Origin: Lingula anatina
Lineage: Eukaryota; Animalia; Brachiopoda
Direction: 5' to 3'
Length of the DNA stretch: 64,000 nt
Assembly: GCA_051362555.1 (NCBI GenBank)
Contig: CM120640.1
Span: 70,968,788-71,032,787, forward strand
Shown here in pieces: positions 37,896-49,900 of this stretch (positions are counted from its first letter, which is position 1; every line of letters starts with the position of its first letter). The notes under the pieces are model-generated. The model saw only the letters and a list, made by a program, of their open reading frames with translations, searched no databases and was not told where the DNA came from. Made by a program: the position numbers and the translations under genes.

Positions 37896-40800
37896 ATGGC
37901 GGATGCAACCGCGGGAAAGCACGGCATGGAAGATAACAATTTGACCGAGGCTCCTGCAGAAGAATCTACCATCAAGGTAATAAACAGATTCAACAAACAA
38001 CATACGGATCCTGGTCGTTCGTATAACTGTTTTGATTCTCGAAATAGTGAAAACAAGATTACGCATTTCTCAATTTTAGAATGTTCAGGGAGCTAAAGTT
38101 AGTAATTGCGCATGGTTAGTGCTACTGCCATAACAATGTTTTCACATGAATTAGGGACGCGGTGAACTGAGCAGTGAGATAATTGTGATCTATGCTAATG
38201 ATCGCACCTGCAACGTCAGGTTGACATCTCGTGTTATTGTTGACAACATACAGTTGCTGGTGCATATATGTCTCTTTGATTGGCTTAAATTAAAATCTCT
38301 CTAGTAATTTTAGGCCAATCTTGAGCCACTGCACTAGTATTCAAAGAAAATGCAATTAAGATATTCTTGTATTATTTGCTTAATTGGGCCCTACACTATG
38401 TTATTAATTTTTTTCAAAACATGGCCGACACCAATCATTATTTGATAGAATTTTAATTGTTTCTCTCAAGCTTTTAAAGGATAGTAAGTGTATGTCACAA
38501 AAGTTCTTCACCTTGACTGTCTGTTAATGAAAAAATAATCTGCAACAATAACCCAGCAAGACTAAGTCATGTCCTCTTTGGATGATATTCTGATTTATTT
38601 ATTAATTTATTTATTTTTGAATATATTTATTTATTTATATTTTATTTTGGCTAAATTATGTTGTATATGATATTTTCCTATTCAGCCAGTATCTTTGTAT
38701 TTATATATTTCATTTTTTAGGAAAGTATAAGCAGTACGTCTCTAGACAGAGACAACTCAAACATGGATGTGGAAAATGGACCTTATACTGATAAAGCATC
38801 AGAATCAAATCTGTCAGATAATTCCAATCTAGATGCAAAATCCAAAGGGGAAAGCCCAGACAGTCCTGCCCCCTCAGTAGAGGAGGAATCAAACATGAGT
38901 GCAATAGAAGATGAATCAGTTCTAAGTGATCAAGCCATACAGAATGGGGTGACACCTCCACCAATAGAAAACTCTGTTGCTGAGCCAGAAGAGAACGACC
39001 TTATACTGGAAAGGAACTCAGCAAATGCAGCAGAGGAGCCACCTGGCACACCAGAGAGCAGTACGGAGGATGTCAGCATCCAGCAGCCCCCTGTTGACCC
39101 AAGTCTAGAGGCTCAGCAGCAGGAGGAAGAGCAGGCAGCTGTGGATGCTGCAGGGGTGTCCCCAGGGTCAAGCCAGGGGGGTTCCCCCTCTGGAGATGAT
39201 GGCCCAGTGGAGGGGGAGGGTGGAGAAGGAGACCTAGCTGCTGGAGTTGATGAGCAGATCCCATCTGTTCCACAGCAGACCAATGGAGATGAACTGGAGC
39301 CCAGTACAGAGAATGCAGCTGACAATGCTGAAGAGGACCAGCTGCTGGATGATGGAGATGGAGAGGATGAGGTACTGGATGAGGATGAGCTACTTGATGA
39401 TGAGCAGCAATCGGATACACCTGTCAATCAGGAACATGCCCGGCCTGCAGCACAAGACAATAACCAACCACAGGCAGGTGAACCTGTCAATCAGGAACAT
39501 GCTCCGCCCACGGCAGAAGACAGTAACCAACCACAGCCATGTGAGCCTGTCAATCAGCAAGATACACCAGCTAGTCAATCGGGAAATAAACAGCAATTAG
39601 TTGAGGAGTTTGTCAATAATCAAAAGTCTGCATCTCCCTCACCAACAGATGACCAAGTGCAACAATATGAACCTTTCAATCAAACAAGTGCTCCCTCCAC
39701 CCCTTTAGGGGATGACCAAAAGGCAGATGAGCCTGTCAATCAAGGTGCTCCACCCACTTCGAAAGATGACCAGACCGAGCCTGTCAGTCAAGGAGATGCT
39801 CCACCCATTTCAAAGGATGACAAACAAGACAGTGTTCCAACAGAAAAAGAATTAAAATCTGAAAACAATGAAGAAAAAGTATCTCAGCAAGAAAATCTTT
39901 CTGAAATATCCCCAGAAGATTCCTCAGCAGATAAGATAAAGCCTGTGTCCTCAGAGGATGCCCCAGTGTCCTCAGAGGATCTCCAGCCAGCATTAAAAAC
40001 TGATGATGTATCAGGGGCTAAGACAGTAAGCCCAATGTCTGTGTCATCTCCTGCAGCAGATCCAATGGACACTGAACCAGGTTCTTCTGTAGCAAGAGAA
40101 GAACCAATGGAAGTAGACGGCACTGATGGGAAGTCATCCCATGTGGAGAATATGGAGACAGATGCTGAAGAAACACTGGGTTCACTAACCAATCAAAGTG
40201 AAGGAGCTCAGGAGCAGACATCAACACGGAATGCAGCAGAAGACAACCAAGTACCAGACGTAGAAATAAGTGGTGACACCCAAGGATCTGGAACTGAAGT
40301 CAACGGTGAAACAGAAAGTGCTAATACCATCAAGATTTCAAAAGTGGAGACTGTGACAGCTAATTCTGGAGAAAATGTAACAGAAATCAAAACTGAGACA
40401 GAGTTTTGTAAAGAGGAGACAGGCACAGCTGAAGAAGGGACTGGAATGAAGATCACTTCCGTCTCTGGTGCAACCAAAACCAGTGAAGATGGCAGTCAGG
40501 TAAGGAGATGTGGGGTGAAGGGGTTTGGACGGGAAATGACCGCCGTCTGGTTTAAAAAAAGGACTCAAGACAGAATAATGGTCTTTGCTGAAGGACCAAA
40601 AGTTCAGTCCACTGAATTAAAGTAACTGTTGGTCAGTTCTTTTATGAAGTAAAATTAACCAAGCATCTCATTTCATTGGACTTCTGCCTGTTTATGTTGG
40701 AGCAGAGAAGACTAAATATTTGGCCTAAAGTTAAGACCAGATCTAAGTTGTTCATGAAACTGGTCTGCTATGTTGTTAGTATATCAAATGCTGACTGAAG

Positions 40801-43800
40801 TGAAGTCTGTTATGTACTCCCTCGAAAATTTCATAGGTAACAACCTGTTACATAGTAATTAATGCTGTTTAGGACAGAGAGTTAGGCGAGTGGTCATGGA
40901 TGTCCAATATCACCGTACGAATACAATTTGATTGTTTAACATAAAATTAAAAAGTGATATGTAATGAGTAGAGTTATCTCCTCTGTCTTACTCCACTTTC
41001 ACATGTGAAGTACTGCAACTCCTCTAATGGAACAAATGGGGGTCACAATATTCACACTGGGGTTTTGGGGTAAAGGTGAGTTGCAGTACTTCACATGTGA
41101 AGTACTGCAACTCCTCTAATGAAACAAATGGGGGTCACAATATTCACACTGGGGTTTTGGGGTAAAGGTGACAAGTATGCACATGTATTGTATTCTATAC
41201 ATTCAGGTTAGCAGGTCTGATCTAGAAGACGAGACCACTGAGAAGAGCCCCTCTGAGGCAAAAATAAAGAAGGAAATTTTTGACGATGACCAGAAAGAGA
41301 AACAGAACTCCAACACTACAGAATCACCTGCTTCTAAGGATGCTTCTGGTATTACTTGCAACATCAGAATTTTTCTATAATTTATACTTACAGTGCAAAC
41401 ATCTTTCTTCAGTAAATTGCAAATAGCATAACTATCTCTGCTCTGATTAAAATTTCTCCTGTGAATCAAGATCGTCAGTTGTACATTTATGGACTGTATC
41501 ACATGATACTAAAACAAATAAGTACGATGGATTTCTTCATTTCATGAAAGCAGTCTCCAGTGAAGGGAAATCCTCCAAACCAGCTGCTACAAAAACACCA
41601 CACAAATGTCTGGTCTGTGGAAAGGTGAAAAGCTTTTTTGTAACTGTATTGTCTTTGTAAGAAAGCATGCAGCTTCAATGTGAACTGCATGTCATTTCAA
41701 TATTTAGTTGTTGTTGTTTTTTTTTTTTTTAAGAAAAACTTTTCTCTTCAGCTTGACTAATTCAGATCATAGTGAATTTAGTTACTTCTAATGTGTTTGT
41801 CTTATGCACATTAAAACTAAATCATTCTGTGAAATGGTGAAACTAAAGAATATGAGCTTCATTATTAGTACCACCAGCGTGTACGCTGGCGGTACTCATG
41901 GTTTTAGTCCCGACCCGTCTCGTCCGGCTCCGTTGGCTCCGCCGGCTCCGTAAGCTCCGCCGGCTCCGCGTACTGGCGCCGGATACAAGTCACCGTTACC
42001 GCTTCTCCTCCTAGACCGCAAGGACCCCTGTCCCCATCTCTTGGATTTAGGTCACATATAACCTCAACTTGAACCCCCAGATTTTTTTGTCTCAGTCGGT
42101 GCATTAACCTGGGCGTGACGCTTGTTGAAATGCACCCTTGTCAAAATTTTTGAAAATTCAATGCCAATTATTTACCCTACGGAAGGAATTATGGGAAAAA
42201 TTTCTACAGACGGCTTTCCAAAAGTCATATGTGTAGATTTCAAATATGCCCTTGGATTTGACCTTTGACCTTTATTTCAAGGTCAAACAGGCCAAAATTT
42301 TCAAAAAAATGAAATTTTTTACAAAAAAAATATTATTTGCGCTGTTATTCAGACACTACACAGACTTAACCAATAATATTATTGGAAAGTCTTACCCTTT
42401 GGGTCATCTTTCATCTCCGTGAATTTGGGGTCAATCGGTGCATTTTCACGGGAGAAGCGGCCATAAGATACCGAAACTGAAAACTGTCTCTAATTCGGGA
42501 ACCGTTAATGCTCGGACCCGTTCTTTTTTGCATTTTGTAGAGCATGTAAAGCCCAACATTGCATGTGGTCTCCGTTTTTTTGTATTTCATACGGTTTTCG
42601 TGTTATGCTGTATTAAAAAGTACATTGTGGTGACACATTATTGTAACTCAGAATTGTAACATTATATCTCCAAAACTGGCAGAGATAGGTCAATAGTTAC
42701 TATTAAAGTTGAATAGGAAGTCACTTACTGGCAATTTAACAGTGACCATAAAATTGACCTTTGACCTACTTTTCACCATGAATTGAACTTTGCAAATTTT
42801 CGTTCCCTTTTATCACCAAAACTGGCAGAGATAGGTTCATAGTTACTATTGAACTTGAATAGGAAGTCATATACTGGCAATTTACTGTGACCTTAAATTT
42901 GACCTTTGACCTATTTTTGAACTGAACTTTGCAAATTTTTGTTCCCTTTTATCTCCAAAACTGGCAAAGATACGCCCATAGTTACTATTGAATTTGAATA
43001 GAAAGTCAGAGGCAATTTACTGTGACCTTTAAATTGACCTTTGACCTACTTTTCATCATGAACTGAACTTTGCAAATTTTCATTCCCTTTTATCTCCAAA
43101 ACTGGCAGAGGTCCATAGTTACTATTGAACTTAAGTAGTAAGTCATATACTTGCAATTTACTGTGACCTTAAAATTGACCTTTGACCATCTTTTTACTAT
43201 GAACTGAACTTTGCAAATTTTCTTTCTCCTTTATCTCTAAAACTGACAGAGATAGGTCCATAGTTACTATTGAACTTGAATAGGAAGTAATACACTAGCA
43301 ATCTGTGACCTTGAAATTGACCTTTGACCTACTTTTTATGATGAACTGCTTTTTGCATGTTTTCAGGCCTTTAAATCTGCAAAATTGGCAAAGAAATGCC
43401 CATGGTTGCTATTGAACTTGAATAGAAATTCATAAACTATGATATTGAAATTGACCTTTGACCTACTTTTTCACCATGAACTGAGCTTTGCATATTTTCT
43501 TGCCTCTCATATCTTTAAAACTAGCAGAGATGTGCCCCTTGTTGCCCCTAGGTTTTCTCTTTTGTCAGCATATATGCACCATTAACAACACTTTTCAAGG
43601 AAAACCAATAGGCCTTTTGTCTAGAGAATACAGGAGTGATCAAGGGTAGGAAAATGCAAGTCAATTCGAAAATCTGCTTGATTGTACCATTTTTAGTTAT
43701 ATTTTTTTGCATATTTTGAGAACTCTTATTGATTGCATCTTATAGAGCTTGTCAAGCACAAGACTGGTGATGGTGTCCCTTTTTGGAAGGGGGGGGGTCC

Positions 43801-43867
43801 ATACGAATGCCCTTACTCCAGCTGGTGGTACAATATCCGGAGGCGGTATCGCCTCTCTGATCCTCTA

Positions 43868-43921
<54 letters not shown>

Positions 43922-46900
43922 TTAACGTAACATTTGGCTTTTCATTAAATCTTACTCCATTTTGTCAACCAGGTGGGCAAGTGCAAGTATAACATTGTAC
44001 GCAATGGTGACACCAAACACCTCTGCGATGACAGGTGCTTCAAAATGTTCCGCACCAGTCCTGCTGCATTCTTAAAGGCAGAGGCCGCAGCAGGTCCAGA
44101 GATTACACAGAGCTCAGCGCCACCTACCTCCTCCCCTGATCGACCTCAGTTCTCCAAACAGCCAGAAAAATGTTGCTCTGTTTGTAAACGGCACGAGGTT
44201 TCCGCGGACAAGTTCTTGAGTTGGCAGGGGATGGAGTACTGCTCAGAGGACTGTCTGGACAAGTTCATGACATCTATTAGCACCACATGTTCACTGTGTA
44301 ACCTCATCATTGCCGAGACTGCCAAAGGAAAACATTGTATCAAAGTGGGTAACACAGTGAGACCCTTCTGTAGCAGCAAATGTATGGAGGGGTTCACTAA
44401 AACTCTCAAGGTTTGCTCCTACTGCCAGAAAGACTTGAAGCAGATTGTGGGCAGCTTCATAGCCCCTGTTGGAAATAAGGGAAATGAGGAATTTAAAGAT
44501 TTCTGTTCACAAGCCTGTCTGAAGAACTTTGAGGAGAAGCTGAAGGGGAAGGAGGAGAAAAAGAAAGACGTTGATGACATTGAGGTGATCTCCACCAAGG
44601 AGGGGTCAACACCTGGACAGAGGGTTACACGCTCCAGAACAGGCTCCATTCCTTCTAAATGTACAGTGTGTGGCAAGATTGCGCAGATCAAACATGAAGT
44701 GAACTTTGAGGAAAAGATTCACAAACTTTGTAGTGACCCGTGTTTTGCTGCCTTCAGGTATGCTAACAAACTGACGATGAACACATGTGACAACTGTGGG
44801 ATTTATTGCAACAACGAGGGCACATCACCAATGTTTATACAGTTTGAGGGTCAGCAGCGGAGGTTCTGCAGCGATTTGTGTGTTTCTATTTTCAAGACTT
44901 CAATGACGAAGACTGCCTCCTGTACGTGGTGTAAGTCCACCAAGTCCAACTTCGACATGATCGAGAGAGTGGACGCCAAAAACAAATTCCAGCTATTTTG
45001 TTCCTTGAACTGTCTGTCTTTGTACCGAGTGAACCTGCAGGCGACCTCCAGCCAGCGAGTGACCTGTGACCAGTGTAAGAGATACTTCCCTGCCCAGTAC
45101 CATCTGACCATGAGTGACGCCTCAGTCCGTAACTTCTGTTCTTACCCCTGTGTAATGAACTACCAGGCTCAGTTCCAGGCGCCTCAGCGAATTCCTGTGT
45201 CACCAGCATCAACCCAGGCCAAAGTCACCACACCACAGCCACCTAGGATACCACCAACAAACCAAGGTTGGTAGAACCACAATTATATGGTGATAGTATT
45301 ATTATTAATTTTTCAATATTTGTACAATATGGTATTTATGTCACGAGTGTTATACAGTGCTATCAATATGCACTTCAATCTGTTCTTATGAAAATTGGAA
45401 AAGATCAAATGTTGCATGTTTATAGTTATTGAACAGGGTCAAATTCCTTCACAATATAGCCCCAGAAAAGAACAAGTCACAAATGTCCTTTTCAAGGACA
45501 CTGGAATTAGTTTTGCCATAAATTACCCTTTTCTGTGAAGAGAAATGATGAAAAACTGCTTCCTCATAACCTGCAGCCTGCTGATTGCCACAGTTTCCAC
45601 TGCCTGTATAACCTAATACCTCGGCAAGTGCTCATAATAAAGTTAAGTGACTTTGGTAGAGTAGGAAGACTGTGGTTAGGTGAGTTCTGCCATTTGATCT
45701 GGATTTTTGTTTCACCAGACATCTTGGGCAATGAATGTTGGGAAATTTTTAAGAGCAGGTAACATAGATCAGTTCTCCACTTGCCTGTGGTCATCAAGTG
45801 ATCAGGACATTGGTCAAGCTGAGGACAGTTGGACGTCATTCCACTTCACAATTTTACTCGGATTTTGACATGAAAAACATACATGGCCTGTTTTTTGTCG
45901 TTTTGAAAAATAAGACTTAGTACGTGGAGATTTTCTAGTCTGTTCGTACCCGTCATTTGAGTACTGGAGGAAGCCGCGTAGCCCGGAGAGACTGGGAAGA
46001 AGATGCCTGGTGGAAGGTGGGTACAGTAGACATTTGCTTGCTTGCCACAAGTCCTGTATAGGAGGGCAGTTTTTCATCATTTTATTTCATCATTTGCCAA
46101 GGGTTGGGATGGTCATTATTGCCTATTTAGGAAATAAAATTAATTGGTATGACACTGCTGGTATTGTATTCAAAGCAAAAAAATAGGACAGAAGTCTCAG
46201 ATGATTGAAGAGATTAACATTTCCAACTGTCATTGCTTGCTTTTTGAAATATTTACATACAAACAAAAAAAAACATTGAATGATGTTCATTAATTGTGAA
46301 ACTAATAAGGCAGTATATGGATGTTCCAGGTGACCCATCTGAAGTTTTTCCAATGAAGTTGGTGATGGTGGGTCCTGTGGTGAAGTTAGAGAAGTTACAG
46401 GATCAGGATGTGGAGTACACGGAGGTCACGGCTAGGACAGGTAGGCTATGGCATGGTTTTAGTATTATGGTTCTTTTTATCTACAGCTTTTATGATGGTC
46501 ACTGGTTTTCAGTTTCGTGTGAAATTGAATGATGTAATATTTTAGGGGCAGAATTTGATATCATATACTTTTATTTTAGGAGCCAGCGGAAGAAAATGGA
46601 AGTCTTTTGCTGAATCAAAAAAGCGAGAACCAGAGAAGAGAGTGAAGACCAAACACGCTGAAGCCAAAGCATTGCATTCTAAAAAAAGAAAAATACAAAA
46701 TGTCACTGTTGGGAAAAAGGAAAAATTGCCTGTACCCAATCCATCAAAATTAAGAAGGAACTTAAAGCCCGGAGCAGCTAAACAACCAGTTTCTGCCCGT
46801 CTGCAAGCCAGATATAGTATTAATAGTAGTACAGTCACAAAGGCAAAAACTGTTCCCAATTCAAAAGGATTAAAAGTAATAAAAAAAGATATTCAAGTGC

Positions 46901-49900
46901 CTTCACTGCAACCTGTCATTGACCTCACGAGGTACAATAGTTTGTTCAAGTCCCAGAAACTGTCCAGGTTGAGAAAGAGTGTGCGGTTACCTTCAAAGAC
47001 CAGACCAACCAGGTCAAAACAGTTGGAAAAGGCGATTTCTTTGAGGACAGGGCCTCGAAAAGAAAAGTGGGATTCAAGAAAAGAATTAGATATGTCTGTG
47101 ATAGAATACAATAAGTGCAATGTAAAAAAGAATGAACAGTCTGTGATAGAAAGGAACAGAGGCAATAATGTAGTAAAAAGTCAAAATATGTCAAATTCCC
47201 TTGTTCCCCTAAAGTCTATGCAATCTTCAAAGACAAGGTCCCGAAAGCTGGATTTATTTAAACGCCTAAATAACTTAATGCAGCCAGTAGTGGTGCTACA
47301 GCAAAACATGTCCAATATTCAACTCAACAAGCCAGTTAAGGTGGACGAGGCTGAAATTAATCTGCAGTTGAGTACTCGGGGTAAACCAGCAGGGCCTCCG
47401 GTTGGAAGGGGAAGGAAGCTGAGAGACAGAAAAGGAACAGGAACCGCTACTGGAAAGAAAAACCTTGCCAAACAAAAAGTGAAGTTAGAACCACAAACTG
47501 ACCAAATGTATGGAGGTGTGCGCATTTCACCAAGAAAGCGATCTTCTCAGTTTTCACAGTTTGAAAAAGAAATCTCAGGAACTGTCCTGAGAAAAAGATT
47601 AGATAAAACTGCCGTCGCACTAGATGAGAAAAAACTGTTCTCTGATGATTCTGGAGAAATGTCAGAGGAGGACTGTGGGTTCACTGACGTAACAGGAGAT
47701 CTGTCAGATGATGATGATGATGAAGAAATTGCTAAAACAGGGATGATATCAAAAATAATAGAAAAACTAGGCAAGGAATCAGACACTGACCTGTTAGTTG
47801 GTGGAGTGACGGCCATTGATAAAGATGCCAGGGAGAGACCACGTGTTAGAAGAAACTTGAGAAGCAGATGTACATAATATACATAACATTTATATAAAAA
47901 TAAATACATTACATTTCATTTGTATAAAGAAATGTTGTTTAAGCTAGTCTTGTACTGCCAGCATTTTCACAGTCACGGGATCTGTACCATGCCCCTTCCA
48001 CCCCCCCCCCACCCCCCACCCCTCCTTTTGTGTGAAGGATCCTGACCCTGTTTAATGTTGATCAACATAAGATGTATTACTTTGTAAGAGAAAAACTTCA
48101 ATTTTCTTTGCATTTAAGTCTAACATTTCAAAATAGTGATTGGAATGACAGTTTACTTAATACTTTGTATTGTGTCTTGTGATAAATGGAAAATGGTTGA
48201 GTATTTCAATAACTCTATTTTCACATTCCAGCTATAGGTGCCACTGTGGCCCCTGGTGGGCTGGGTAACATCCCCATTATCTCCAACGTCATGTCACTGG
48301 CTCCTTCCCAAACACAAGGTGACTGTCAGCCTGTTAGCTCCAAATAACTGGACTTTATCAGTAATTAAACTACTACTGTTGGGCACTAAATGCTAAATAA
48401 GTGACACCTTACATATTGCTATTAAACAATATAGGTAGTGGAATGACCTGCAGAATGTTATTGTGATTGTGGTTGTTTTGTTTTTATAGCCACACCACAA
48501 AACAGGAGCAACAGTAGAGGTACTCAGCCACCCCCCTCTTACACCCCAGCTGGCACCACTGCTAAGGTAAGCACCAGTTACACCAGTAGAGGTACTCAGC
48601 CACCCCCCTCTTACACCCCAGCTGGCACCACTGCCAAGGTAAGCACCAGTTACACCAGTAGAGGTACTCAGCCACCCCCCTCTTACACCCCAGCTGGCAC
48701 CACTGCCAAGAAAGGCAGCAGTGAACACTCTTGGGGGGGTTAATTCCCTGCTTTTCATCACATTACCAGGTATGTCTGTCATGAAGTATATAATATTTTC
48801 GAAGTCACAAGCAGTATTAGTGTAACAATATATTTTAATACTGTACTGTCTTGTTCACCATTGCCAAGATAGTTTTGATTGTTCACCAGATTGTGGTATA
48901 TTTCTGTTCTCAGCCCCAGCCGCCATCCCCTGCAGCAACACAGCAGGTGGTGCGGAAGGTGATCGTCCAGCCACCCCCTCCAAAGTCTGTGAAGAATAAG
49001 TCACTGCTGTGTAAACCGTTTACGCAGACCAAGGCGACATCCTGCCGCCCCCATGTGACCACCACTGGGGTACAGACTGGTAAGCAGGGTCAACCTGGCG
49101 TGAAGGGGGGAGGCTTAACATATTTAATATCAATTCTCACAATATTATGAATTCCAATCATAACATCATGTCCTGTAATAATGTCATTTATGTTTGTAGA
49201 TTATTTTTCTTTGAAATTTATTTGATATAGATACATGATAAATTTTTTATCTAAGAACCAGGTCTTTGCACATATTTATAACAGCAGTTGTGTCCCACAT
49301 CATGTATACTCTCTGTGTTCATGGGAGTTTGCTTTCTTCCAGACAAGGACAAGGAGCCCAAGAGTATGATTGTCCCGGTACCTGTGCCCATCTATGTCCC
49401 GGTGCCCATGGCCATGTATACCTATCCCACTCCATACCCACTACCCATCCCGGTGCCTATCCCGGTACCCTGCTTTATACCTACCACCAAGAAATCTGCG
49501 GATTCCATCCTGAAGCAGATCAAGGTAAGAGATGGACATCTTTTGTTTCATATAGTATTGTGCTGGTAAAACTGTTAAGCCCATCTCCCTAGTTTAGTCA
49601 AAACCTGATACTAACAATTTTACCAGGAATTACTTTATTTATGAAGGTATGTGGACATGAAGTAGTTTGGATGATGTGGGTAAACTTTGCATTTGTCAGC
49701 TTTTAATATATTATTCAGAACCCTGTTCTATTATCTTTTTTCAGGAAATTCAAGAGCGTATGCCAGCTGATCCATTTGAAGCTGAATTGTTGATGATGGC
49801 AGAAGCTGTGGCGACTGCGGAGAAAGATGACAGTGACAGCGAGTCTGACAGGGCTGCGGAGGAAGTGAATAAATCTGCTGGTAAGGCTAGAGACCTCTGT

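Noticed and set aside
45719-45758. Small ZMYM exon candidate (DILGNECWEIFKS)
   Set aside because: Good splice signals, but 40 nt shifts the frame into a stop in the next candidate exon; not supportable as coding.
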